Shown here: positions 17,692 through 26,627 of the stretch, one piece after another | Numbering within the stretch: position 1 is the stretch's first letter | Layout: each line of letters opens with the position of its first letter | Assembly: GCA_031259515.1 (NCBI GenBank) | Contig: JAIRLK010000194.1 | Span: forward strand, 1 to 39,842 | DNA from: Treponema sp. | GTDB lineage: Bacteria; Spirochaetota; Spirochaetia; Treponematales; Breznakiellaceae | Reading direction: 5' to 3' | DNA: 39,842 nt | Made by a program: the position numbers and the translations under genes | The notes under the pieces: model-generated | What the model was told of the DNA's origin: nothing | The model's database searches: none | The model's input: only the letters and a program-made list of their open reading frames with translations

Positions 17692-17713
17692 GATAGATGC
17701 AAATACTAGATAC

Positions 17714-17747
17714 GTGGAAATAACATAAATGGTCATGTTATTTCCAC
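17714..17747. terminator. bidirectional terminator hairpin between convergent genes
   Basis: A perfect 13-bp stem, GTGGAAATAACAT / ATGTTATTTCCAC, with an 8-nt loop, between the LacI-family stop (17691) and the SDR stop (17756). Confidence 0.7.
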
Positions 17748-17755
17748 ACCGTTCC

Positions 17756-18553
17756 TTAGTATATGGTTTTTACCGCTCCCGCGTCAATGTGGAAAGTCGC
17801 GCCAAGGCAATAACTCGCCTGCTTTGATGCCAGAAAAACGTAGAGTTTGGCGGTTTCTTCCGCTGTGGCAAAGCGTCCTATCGGGGTCATAGCCTGTGCG
17901 ATAGTGTCAAAATATTGTTGAACCGAGATCCCCTGCTGCCGGCTTAAAATCCCGGCTGTTTTATACCAATCAGGCGTAAGTACCAGTCCCGGAGCGATGG
18001 ACATAACACGGATATTATCCTTGATAAGCTCGTCGGCCAGGCATTTGGTGTACATATTCAGGGCGGCCTTGGTGGTATTGTAGATAGGCTCGTAATACAA
18101 AGGCTGAGTGGCGCACATAGAAGTGGTGTTGATGATCACTCCCTCGCCGGGCCTCTCCTTCATTTGGGGAACCAGCATCCGGGAAAGCCGCACCGCCGCC
18201 ATTACATGAAGATCCCAGTAATAGTACCATTTTTCGTCCAGAGCGGTCATGCTCTTTTCCTCAGAACCGGTCCCCGCGTTATTGATCAGGATATCAACGC
18301 CGCCCAGTTCTTTTACATAGGCGGCAAGGCTTTCAATATCCGCCAGTTTTGAAACGTCGCAACTTTTGCCATATACTTTTGATCCTGGATAGGCGGCTTT
18401 AAGATCCTCGACCACTTTTTCTACCCGCTCGCCATTCCGCGCACAGATGATCACATCGGCCTTCTCTCTTAAAAATTCCTCCGCCACCGCTAAACCGATG
18501 CCGACGCTTCCGCCGGTTATCAGCGCCATACGGGTTTCTAACCCTAAATCCAT
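17756..18553 (-). CDS. SDR family oxidoreductase (short-chain dehydrogenase)
   Basis: Cofactor motif TGGSVGIG, the NNAG block, and catalytic YNTTK (YxxxK). Confidence 0.85.
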   Translation of the reverse strand: MDLGLETRMALITGGSVGIGLAVAEEFLREKADVIICARNGERVEKVVEDLKAAYPGSKVYGKSCDVSKLADIESLAAYVKELGGVDILINNAGTGSEEKSMTALDEKWYYYWDLHVMAAVRLSRMLVPQMKERPGEGVIINTTSMCATQPLYYEPIYNTTKAALNMYTKCLADELIKDNIRVMSIAPGLVLTPDWYKTAGILSRQQGISVQQYFDTIAQAMTPIGRFATAEETAKLYVFLASKQASYCLGATFHIDAGAVKTIY

Positions 18554-18565
18554 ATACCCTTCCTT

Positions 18566-19600
18566 TTATAGTTCTATCATTACCTTTACCACATCCGGAT
18601 GTCCGGCGGCGGCGTATTCATAGGCGGCAATAGAATCCTCAAATGTGAATGTTTTACTGATGAAGCGTTTGATATCGATCTTTCCCGCGTTTACCAAGGC
18701 GATTGCCCGGTCAAAGCAGTTGATGTATCTGAATATGGTTTCAATGCTAAGCCCTTGGCCCTGTAGAAAGGATACGTCAATGGGGACCGTACCATTCATC
18801 ATCCCCACAAGAATAACTTTTCCTCCCTTCCTGGCGCACCTGAAAAAATCAGGGTATACCTGTGGACTTCCTGAAGCCTCAAAGACAACATTACAGCCCT
18901 TGCCGCCGGTTTCCTTTGCGATGAATTCCAGAAGGTCCGTCTTGGCGGTATTTACCGGAATGATGTTTTTATCGTAAGCGCCGGCGAGGTCTAGTTTTTC
19001 CTGCTTTATATCAGAGATAAACACTTTGCCGCACCCGCCTGCCAGGGCGGATATGGCGCACATAACGCCTATGGTGCCGCAGCCTACCACCAGGGCCGTA
19101 TCCCCAGGTTTGATGGCGGCTTTCTTCGCCGCCTCAATACCGATGGCTAGGGGTTCTATCATGGCCCCTTCCGCCGCGCTCATACCCTGGGGGAGTTTAA
19201 AGCAGAACTGAGCGGGATGAACCACCGTCTCTCTCAGGCATCCGTGGACCGGGGGCGTGGCCCAGAAAACCACATCGGGATCGATATTGTACATCCCCTC
19301 CAGTACCTCTTGGGAACGCCGGTTGGGAATCCCCGGTTCCATACATACAAGGTCCCCCTTCTCAAACTCCGTCACCTTTTCACCTTTCTCGATAATGACC
19401 CCCGCCGCCTCGTGGCCCAGGATCATAGGCTCCCTGACTATAAAATCGCCGATGGACCCCTCTACATAGTAGTGTATATCACTGCCGCAGATACCGCAGG
19501 CTTTAATTTGTATCTTCACATCATAGGGGCCGACTGTCTCCATGATAGGAAAATCCCTAAGGCTCAATTTTTTTTCCGCTTCAAGCACTAACGCTTTCAT
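18566..19600 (-). CDS. zinc-dependent MDR alcohol/polyol dehydrogenase (sorbitol/xylitol/L-iditol dehydrogenase-like)
   Basis: GICGSDIHYY and GHEAAG zinc-site motifs and a VVGCGTIG Rossmann motif. Confidence 0.8.
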   Translation of the reverse strand: MKALVLEAEKKLSLRDFPIMETVGPYDVKIQIKACGICGSDIHYYVEGSIGDFIVREPMILGHEAAGVIIEKGEKVTEFEKGDLVCMEPGIPNRRSQEVLEGMYNIDPDVVFWATPPVHGCLRETVVHPAQFCFKLPQGMSAAEGAMIEPLAIGIEAAKKAAIKPGDTALVVGCGTIGVMCAISALAGGCGKVFISDIKQEKLDLAGAYDKNIIPVNTAKTDLLEFIAKETGGKGCNVVFEASGSPQVYPDFFRCARKGGKVILVGMMNGTVPIDVSFLQGQGLSIETIFRYINCFDRAIALVNAGKIDIKRFISKTFTFEDSIAAYEYAAAGHPDVVKVMIEL

Positions 19601-19633
19601 AATCTCCTCCTTCGTACATACAATAACTAAAAG

Positions 19634-19668
19634 ATTCCGGGTATTTAGTCGAAATAAACGCCCGGAAT
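19634..19668 (-). terminator. stem-loop between the SBP gene and the downstream dehydrogenase genes (attenuator or processing site candidate)
   Basis: ATTCCGGG (19634-19641) pairs with CCCGGAAT (19661-19668) across a 19-nt loop. On the minus strand it is followed by CTTTTAGTT. Confidence 0.45.
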
Positions 19669-19706
19669 TACATGGTGTTTTTACTTCTTTATTTTTACTT
19701 CTTTTT

Positions 19707-20678
19707 TTACTTCAACGCGCCGGTTTTCTTGTGAACCGCGATAAGTTCGGCAATATTATCCTTCGTATACAAGGGGCATACAATATCGGTGTTCACGATA
19801 CTGGTAACCGCGCCGGTAAGGATTTGATTGGCAAGCTCCATGTTTTTCCGGGCAAGCTCATCAGCGTTCTGGAAGGCGGTTCCGGTCATGCTCCCTTCCT
19901 CAATGAGGAGGGCAGCGGCGGCGTCACCGTCAACGCCGTAAACAAGCAACGAATCAAACTTAGGATTGCCTTTTACCGCTTCGATGGCGCCCATCGCCAT
20001 ATTGTCATTCATGGAAATAACCGCGTCGATTTGGGGATTGGCCTGTACCCAATCTTCCATGTACCGCATGCCTTCATCCTTATTCCAGTGTCCCGATTGT
20101 TCGCCGACAATGGTAACATCGGGCCGCTTGGCAAAGAATTCCTGTTCCCAGGAGCGCCGTCTTTCAACGGAATGGAGATTGCCGTCCGGACCCCGGAGTA
20201 CGACAACTTTCGCGTCCTGGGGAATCTGAGTTAAAGCCAGCCGGGCTACCACCGCGCCCTGCTCATAGGGATCGGCATCTACACTGTTGGTAACCGCCAT
20301 GATAGCCGGATCCGGTACCCGAGGATTGGTCAGGATGATCGGAATCTTCGCTTCAACCGCCTTCCTGATGTAGGGTTTCTGGGCTTCGCTGTCATTCGGC
20401 TGTAGGATGATCAGATCGTACTTATTGGTGATGGCGTTTTCAATCGCCGCATTCTGCTTGGCATCGTCAGCCTGACCGTCAACGACGTCAACTTTGAGGT
20501 TGGGGTATTTCTTCGCTTCTTCCTTAACGGAATTCGCGAGCCATGCGGCAAAAAGATCCGCCTGAGCGCGGGCGATATACACAACCCGTTTTGTCCCTCC
20601 CGCATCCTTGCCGCCCGCGCCAAACGCCATTGCCGATGCTAAGAAAAGCGTCAGCGCCATCACAAAAAACTTTTTCAT
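19707..20678 (-). CDS. sugar/polyol ABC transporter substrate-binding protein (RbsB-like)
   Basis: Signal peptide MKKFFVMALTLFLASAMAFG and a body like ribose-type periplasmic binding proteins (VVYIARAQADLFAAWL..., ISMNDNMAMGA). Confidence 0.85.
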   Translation of the reverse strand: MKKFFVMALTLFLASAMAFGAGGKDAGGTKRVVYIARAQADLFAAWLANSVKEEAKKYPNLKVDVVDGQADDAKQNAAIENAITNKYDLIILQPNDSEAQKPYIRKAVEAKIPIILTNPRVPDPAIMAVTNSVDADPYEQGAVVARLALTQIPQDAKVVVLRGPDGNLHSVERRRSWEQEFFAKRPDVTIVGEQSGHWNKDEGMRYMEDWVQANPQIDAVISMNDNMAMGAIEAVKGNPKFDSLLVYGVDGDAAAALLIEEGSMTGTAFQNADELARKNMELANQILTGAVTSIVNTDIVCPLYTKDNIAELIAVHKKTGALK

Positions 20679-20835
20679 TCTCTCCTCCTAAAAATATTTT
20701 TAAGCGCAACGCGCTTACTAACCTTTTCATATAACCGCCTACCGGATAACGCATAAAACATTAATACAAAGGTTTATGTTCTTCCTTCCACGGTTAAGAT
20801 TGGAAAGATCAGTTATTACCCGTTCTATTCCCGCT

Positions 20836-21831
20836 TTACCCTATCGATTCCCTGTGGACAAATTCCTTAGGCCTGGATCGATTGTTCTTCGCGCGGATAT
20901 CCATAATCACCGCTAAAGCAATAATAATCCCCTTAATGATTTGCTGAACGTAGGAATTAACTCCCAACAGGTTCATGATGTTGTTGAGAATGCCGACAAT
21001 AAACGCGCCGGCCAGCGTTCCCATCGCGGTCCCGATGCCCCCCGAAAAGCTGGTCCCGCCGATAACCGCTGCGGTTAGGGCTTCAAATTCATAGCCCTGG
21101 GCCGCCGCCGGCAGTCCGGCGTTATTCCGGGACATGAAAATAACCCCCGCGAGTCCCACAAAAATACCGTTGAGCAGGTAGGCAACGAATTTCGACCGTG
21201 AGACCTGAATGCCCGAAGCGTTCGCCGCTTCCTCATTGCCGCCTATGGCGTAAAGAGATCGTCCGAGCCGGGTGTTGTTCAGAATGTACCAGGTAGCAAA
21301 GAGTATCAACACCATGAAGATAATGGGAATGGGGATGTAAAAAAGAGAGCCCTGCCCCAGTACCACAAACCCGCCGATCTGATAAATGCTCTGCCCGGCG
21401 GTATAGAGCAACACTAGTCCTCTTGCCATAGTCATAACCGCGAGGGTTGCGATGAAGGGAGGCGTTTTGAACACGCTGGTTAACAGTCCGCTCACCATAT
21501 TGCAGAGTATGCCAATCGCCAATCCTATAGAAGAGGCGAGGACCAGAGAACCTGTAGCTTTGTATACCGCGACGGCGAGTACCCCGGCAAGGGCCAATAC
21601 CGCGCCGTTGGCAAGATCGATAAGGCCGGCAATGATCAGCATGGTTTCCCCAAAGGCGAGGATGGCAATCACGGAATTTTGCTTCAAAATATTGCTTAAA
21701 TTCGCGGGGGATAAAAAATTCCTGTTTAGCAGCGTACTTATCAGAAACGCGGCTATCAATATGACAAAAATACTGTTTTTACTTATAAAGTACATAAACC
21801 GGGATACCGGAAAACCAGCGCGTTTAGCCAT
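20836..21831 (-). CDS. sugar ABC transporter permease (RbsC-type)
   Basis: Polytopic membrane protein with ribose/xylose-type permease blocks (LIDLANGAVLALAG..., GRSLYAIGGNEEAA, FSGGIGTAMGTLAG). Confidence 0.85.
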   Translation of the reverse strand: MAKRAGFPVSRFMYFISKNSIFVILIAAFLISTLLNRNFLSPANLSNILKQNSVIAILAFGETMLIIAGLIDLANGAVLALAGVLAVAVYKATGSLVLASSIGLAIGILCNMVSGLLTSVFKTPPFIATLAVMTMARGLVLLYTAGQSIYQIGGFVVLGQGSLFYIPIPIIFMVLILFATWYILNNTRLGRSLYAIGGNEEAANASGIQVSRSKFVAYLLNGIFVGLAGVIFMSRNNAGLPAAAQGYEFEALTAAVIGGTSFSGGIGTAMGTLAGAFIVGILNNIMNLLGVNSYVQQIIKGIIIALAVIMDIRAKNNRSRPKEFVHRESIG

Positions 21832-21857
21832 TTTGTTCCTTCCTTGTCACAATATTC

Positions 21858-23384
21858 TTACACGGACGCTTTCGCGCTGTCCGTGGCATACTGCATTATT
21901 AATTCCTGAGAGAACTCGCCTCGTTTCAACTCGGCGGCTATTTTCCCTTTTGACATTACATAGATCCTGTCGCACATCCCCAAGAGTTCCGGCATTTCCG
22001 AAGAGATCATGATGATGCCTTTCCTGCCGTCCTTGACGATTTCGCTCATCAGTTTGTATATTTCATATTTAGCTCCCACATCTATCCCCCGTGTGGGCTC
22101 ATCGAGGATTAACACCGCCGGATCTTTGATAAGCCACTTGGCCACCACAACTTTCTGTTGATTCCCGCCGGAAAGATTTGCCGCAGGAGTTTCTATTGAG
22201 GGAGTTTTGATCTTGAGATTACCGCACTGTTCCTGTATCTCCACCAGTTCCTTATTTTTATGCAGGTATCCGCCGTAAATGTACCGGGCAAGATTCGGAA
22301 GGCCCATGTTTTCCCGAACGCTCCTCATAAGAACAAGGCCGTAACGGCGGCGGTCTTCGGAACACATGGCAATTCCGTTGTTCACGCTGTCGGCAACTTT
22401 TTTTATGGCAGCCTTTTTGTTCCGAACTTTGACGGTTCCCGAATCTATCGGATCCAGCCCTCCGACAGCCCTGGCAACTTCGGTACGCCCGGCGCCAACC
22501 AGCCCGGCAAAGCCGACAATTTCCCCCGCGTGAAGGGTAAAATTAATATCACGAAAAACACCGATCCGGTTCAGGTTTTCTACTCTTAGCAGTTCTTCTC
22601 CGGCGGCGGCTTCAATCTTTGGATAGTCGTTTGACAGTTCCCGGCCCACCATCAAGGAGATAACCTTGTCAATGGTAAGGTTTTTCGCCTCATCGCTTCC
22701 GACCACCCTTCCGTCTCTAAAGATAGTTATTCGGTCGGCAATTTTGAATATCTCGTCCATTTTGTGAGAAATATAGATAATGCTTTTGCCCCGTTTTTTC
22801 AAGTCCAGGACTTTATTCAAAAGGTCATCAGCCTCTTTCTGAGCTATGGAAGAAGTTGGTTCGTCCATAATCAAAATTGAAGAATCTTTATGAATTGCTT
22901 TAAGGATCTCCAGCATCTGAATATCGGCGATGCTCAAATACTTCAGTTTGGTCTGAAGTCCATCAACCATTCTGGGATTATCAATAAGTCCTTCGGCCTG
23001 TAAAAGCTCTTCGGTTTGTTGATAGATATACTTCCAGTTTATCGTACCGAATTTATTCACCGGCAGATTTCCCAGAAAAAGACTCTCCGCCACGGTCATC
23101 TCCGGGACATAGGTACATTCCTGGTAGATCATGGCGATCCCCTGATTCCCAGCGTCCACCGGATTTTGGATATGAACCGGCTTGCCTTCAAGGTAAATGT
23201 CCCCGGAATCCGCTTTATAGAGGCCGTTGATTATCTTCATCAGAGTAGACTTACCCGCGCCATTTTCGCCGCACAAGGCATGGACTTCTCCCCGCCGGGC
23301 CGAAAAGCTGACATTATCCAAGGCTATTACCCCAGGAAAAGCTTTAGTAATGTTCTTTAATTCAAGAAAAACATTTTCCGCCAT
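21858..23384 (-). CDS. sugar ABC transporter ATP-binding protein, duplicated ABC domains (RbsA/MglA-like)
   Basis: Two ABC cassettes are present: GENGAGKST ... IMDEPTSS in the first, and GLVGAGRTE ... LSGGNQQKV ... LILDEPTRGID in the second. Confidence 0.9.
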   Translation of the reverse strand: MAENVFLELKNITKAFPGVIALDNVSFSARRGEVHALCGENGAGKSTLMKIINGLYKADSGDIYLEGKPVHIQNPVDAGNQGIAMIYQECTYVPEMTVAESLFLGNLPVNKFGTINWKYIYQQTEELLQAEGLIDNPRMVDGLQTKLKYLSIADIQMLEILKAIHKDSSILIMDEPTSSIAQKEADDLLNKVLDLKKRGKSIIYISHKMDEIFKIADRITIFRDGRVVGSDEAKNLTIDKVISLMVGRELSNDYPKIEAAAGEELLRVENLNRIGVFRDINFTLHAGEIVGFAGLVGAGRTEVARAVGGLDPIDSGTVKVRNKKAAIKKVADSVNNGIAMCSEDRRRYGLVLMRSVRENMGLPNLARYIYGGYLHKNKELVEIQEQCGNLKIKTPSIETPAANLSGGNQQKVVVAKWLIKDPAVLILDEPTRGIDVGAKYEIYKLMSEIVKDGRKGIIMISSEMPELLGMCDRIYVMSKGKIAAELKRGEFSQELIMQYATDSAKASV

Positions 23385-23499
23385 ACCGATCCGCCATTAC
23401 AAAAATTCGTACAAAACATTGCCGCCTCCGCAAAGAACCTGTACGGGTTCGCCATTCATTGTGCAATGATTTTACTGTCAGCGCCACGCTTCATAAATC

Positions 23500-23528
23500 A
23501 TTATCTCATGGAAAATTGCGCATGTCAA
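23500..23528 (-). promoter_or_regulatory. sigma70-type promoter candidate for the sugar ABC operon
   Basis: On the minus strand: TTGACA (23528-23523), a 17-nt spacer, then GATAAT (23505-23500). Confidence 0.5.
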
Positions 23529-23573
23529 CAAAAATTTGCGCAAAAAAGGCAAAAAATTGAAGCCATTTGCGTA
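23515..23573. promoter_or_regulatory. cluster of TTGCG(C/T)A half-sites, candidate LacI-family operators
   Basis: ATTGCGCA (23515-23522, inside the promoter spacer), the palindrome TTTGCGCAAA (23535-23544, just upstream of the -35) and ATTTGCGTA (23565-23573). An inverted copy, ACGCAAAAT, lies at 23710-23718. Confidence 0.45.
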
Positions 23574-23860
23574 AAAATTTATCGAAACGAAGAACCAAAG
23601 AGTTTCGGCGAACAGGCCCCAGGAGTTTGCGAGGCTTTGCCCCTAAAAGCCGGATATTTTTAGAGCCTGTCGCGCTTCGCTTATAGATTATAGTATAAAT
23701 ATGCAATTCACGCAAAATTCCGCAGGCGCTCCCGGAAAAACAACAGGTTAAAATTCAACTATACAAAACGTGAATAATAATTGTATAATTATGCAAGTTT
23801 AATACAGCTTCCGGCGTTGGTTCGCGTCCGGGGGTCATTTTTTATAAGCAGGAGTAATGT

Positions 23861-25258
23861 ATGTCGGATTTAGCGGGAAAGAAGAAGTTTGCCATGCCCC
23901 ATGTCTACATTTTACTGGTCGGTATCATCATGATAGTGGCCATTCTGACCTGGGTGCTTCCGGCAGGTGAGTTCGACCGGGCCCAGAACGCCGCGGGCCG
24001 GACGGTAGTGGTACCCGGCACATTTCACACGGTAGAAAAAAGCCCGGTCGGTTTTTTTAAAGCGGTTCAAGCTATCTTCAAAGGCATGGTGGACGCCGCC
24101 GATATTGTGTTTTTTATCTTTATCTCTTTTGCTTCTATTAATCTGCTGTTGTCCTCCGGCGCCATTCAGGGACTTGTTTCGGGGCTCTTGAAAGTTCTCA
24201 GAGGCAAAGCCCGGGCCGCGATGATCCCTATCTTCCTTATCATCTTCGGTCTCGCGTCGTCTACTATCGGCATGTTCGAGGAATCCCTGCCTTTCATTCC
24301 CATCTTCGTGGGTATTGCTATAGCTATGGGTTACGACGCCCTGATAGGCATCGGCATTGTCGCCCTGGGGGTTGGCATGGGCTATTCGGGGGCCGCCATG
24401 AATCCCTTTACCGTCGGAGTCGCCCAAGGCATAGCGGAACTTCCCTACCTTTCCGGCGCGTGGTTCAGGATTATTACTCATGTCGGAATGATCATCGTGG
24501 CATCTATATACATGGTCCGATACGCACTGATGATTCAGAAGGATCCTTCAAAGAGCCTGGTAAGGGGAGAAGACTTTAGCAAATTCGCCATGGACGAAAA
24601 GTCCCTTGCCCAATACTCCTTCGGTATACGCCAAAAACTGGTCCTGGTGGTTTTCTTCGCGACCCTGGCGATCTTCGTCATTGGCGTCAAGGTATGGGGC
24701 TGGTACTTTGGGGAGATCGCCTCGGCCTTCCTGCTCATGTCTATGGTAGTCGCCGTCATCATGGGGTGGACCCCCAACGAATTTATCCGCAAGATCATTG
24801 TGGGCCTTCAGGACATTACCGTTGCCTGCCTTATGGTTGGTATAGCCAGAGGCATACGGGTTGTGCTTACTGAAGGCCATATCATTGATACGGTGGTGTA
24901 CGGTATGTCGACGCCCCTTTCCCATCTGCCCAAGTGGGTGGCGGGGGAATTGATGCTGGTGTTCCAAACCATGCTCAACTTCCTTATTCCCTCGGGGTCA
25001 GGGCAGGCCGCTACGGTTATGCCGATTATGGCGCCCCTGGCGGATATTTTAGGCGTCAGCCGTCAGGTTGCGGTGCTGGCCTTTCAGTTCGGCGACGGGC
25101 TTTCCAACATCCTGTGGCCTACCGCCTTTGCGGTGGTTATGGCCGGCATAGGCGGCGTCAAGATAACCAGTTGGTGGAAGTGGCTCGTACCCCTGTTCCT
25201 CTGGCTCATCCTAATCCAGGCTGTCTTCATCGCGGTGGCGATAGGGATTGGCTATTAA
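23861..25258 (+). CDS. YfcC family membrane transporter (DcuC-like fold, substrate unknown)
   Basis: The N-terminus KKKFAMPHVYILLVGIIMIVAILTWVLPAGEFDR is characteristic of YfcC-family proteins, and the sequence is polytopic throughout. Confidence 0.75.
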   Translation: MSDLAGKKKFAMPHVYILLVGIIMIVAILTWVLPAGEFDRAQNAAGRTVVVPGTFHTVEKSPVGFFKAVQAIFKGMVDAADIVFFIFISFASINLLLSSGAIQGLVSGLLKVLRGKARAAMIPIFLIIFGLASSTIGMFEESLPFIPIFVGIAIAMGYDALIGIGIVALGVGMGYSGAAMNPFTVGVAQGIAELPYLSGAWFRIITHVGMIIVASIYMVRYALMIQKDPSKSLVRGEDFSKFAMDEKSLAQYSFGIRQKLVLVVFFATLAIFVIGVKVWGWYFGEIASAFLLMSMVVAVIMGWTPNEFIRKIIVGLQDITVACLMVGIARGIRVVLTEGHIIDTVVYGMSTPLSHLPKWVAGELMLVFQTMLNFLIPSGSGQAATVMPIMAPLADILGVSRQVAVLAFQFGDGLSNILWPTAFAVVMAGIGGVKITSWWKWLVPLFLWLILIQAVFIAVAIGIGY

Positions 25259-26614
25259 GTGGAATTCGATCTGGTAATATCGGGGGCCCGGATCATGGAC
25301 CCCGAGTCCGGACGGGATGAGACAGGTAACCTCGGCGTCAGGGCGGGCGGTATTGCCGCCGTAAGCCGGGAGCCCCTCAAGGCCGCCGAAGAAATCGACG
25401 GCCGGGGGCTGGTCCTTGCGCCGGGTTTTATCGACCCCCATATCCACGAGGAGTCCGTTGAAGGGGAGAAACCGGGGGAATTCCGTTTTCCCCGGCAGGC
25501 GGCCGCCTGCGCCCTGGCGGCCGGCAATACGACTATCCTGGGCGGTAACTGCGGGGAAAGCAATTACCCGGTAGGCAAGTATCTTATCCGTCTTGAAAAA
25601 GAGGCCCTCTCTATAAATTGCTTTACCCTGGTTGGCAGTACCGTTTTGCGGAGGACACTCGGCATCGGGGACTACGACGCGGCGTCGCCGGCCCAAATCG
25701 CCCGGATGAAGGACATGGCCCTGGAAGCTATGGACGAGGGCGCGCTGGGGGTATCTTTTGGGCTGCAATACTGTCCCGGAACGGGTTTTGCGGAAGTCCT
25801 GGCCCTCTGCGAGGCGGTCAGGGAAAGGGGCGCGTTTTTTGCCGTACACATGCGGTACGATACGCCTCCCCGGGCGGTTGAAACCGTGGAGGAGGTGATC
25901 GCCGCCGCCCGTGTTACCGGCGCGGCCCTCCAAATATCCCACTACGCCGCCAATGTTTATGGTGTCTCAGACCATGGAAACAACCTGGAAATTACCTCCC
26001 GGCTTATCGAGAATTCGGGAGCCGATATAGGCGCCGATATGTACCCCTATGATACCTGGGCCACCTGTATCCGGTCCGCAGTTTTTGACCAGGGGTTTGA
26101 GGACTTCAACTTCGGCGTCAGGGACCTGGAAATCATTTCCGGCCCTTTGGCAGGCCGGTACTGCACGCCGGAGCTTTTCGAAGAGCTGCGCCATGCCTCG
26201 ACCGATACCAACGTGGCCTGCCATAACGCCATTCCCATAAAGGACCTTGAAACGGTTTACCGCCTCCCCTTTGTCTGCCTGGGAAGCGACGCCATCATGT
26301 CCATAGGATCCGGCGGGGTAAAGAAAGGCCATCCCCGTGCCGCCGGCAGTTCCGCCCGGTTTCTGAGGGAATTCGTCAGGGAGAAGCGGCTCCTTTCCTT
26401 GATGGACGGGCTGCGGAAGCTTACCCTCCTGCCGGCAACCCGCCTGGGCCTTGGGAAAAAAGGCCGCATCCGGGAAGGATGCGACGCCGACCTGTGCCTC
26501 TTTGATCCCGAAACTATAACCGACAATGCCGGTTATGGAATTGAAACTTGTGCGCTGCCGCCCTCCGGCATAAAAGCCGTAATTTGCGGCGGACGGGTGG
26601 CTTACATCCGGTAA
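25259..26614 (+). CDS. N-acyl-D-amino-acid deacylase (D-aminoacylase) family amidohydrolase
   Basis: DLVISGARIMDP...GVRAGGIAAV...IDGRGLVLAPGFIDPHIHEE contains the HxH metal motif, and later His/Asp blocks are present (AVHMRY, QISHY, LGSDA). The GTG start directly abuts the YfcC TAA. Confidence 0.75.
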   Translation: MEFDLVISGARIMDPESGRDETGNLGVRAGGIAAVSREPLKAAEEIDGRGLVLAPGFIDPHIHEESVEGEKPGEFRFPRQAAACALAAGNTTILGGNCGESNYPVGKYLIRLEKEALSINCFTLVGSTVLRRTLGIGDYDAASPAQIARMKDMALEAMDEGALGVSFGLQYCPGTGFAEVLALCEAVRERGAFFAVHMRYDTPPRAVETVEEVIAAARVTGAALQISHYAANVYGVSDHGNNLEITSRLIENSGADIGADMYPYDTWATCIRSAVFDQGFEDFNFGVRDLEIISGPLAGRYCTPELFEELRHASTDTNVACHNAIPIKDLETVYRLPFVCLGSDAIMSIGSGGVKKGHPRAAGSSARFLREFVREKRLLSLMDGLRKLTLLPATRLGLGKKGRIREGCDADLCLFDPETITDNAGYGIETCALPPSGIKAVICGGRVAYIR

Positions 26615-26627
26615 GGATCGGTGGTAT

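Noticed and set aside
20701-20717. The hairpin TAAGCGC-AAC-GCGCTTA shares the GCGC-AAC-GCGC core with the 511-537 hairpin, which might suggest a common element.
   Set aside because: The shared core is only 11 nt and the flanks are unrelated. That is too short to claim homology. It may simply be a small stem-loop ahead of the SBP gene's ribosome binding site.
23600-23690. The segment GAACAGGCCCCAGGAGTTTGCGAGGCTTTGCCCC as a possible fourth copy of the GC-rich repeat family.
   Set aside because: I could not align it convincingly to copies A, B or C in either orientation.
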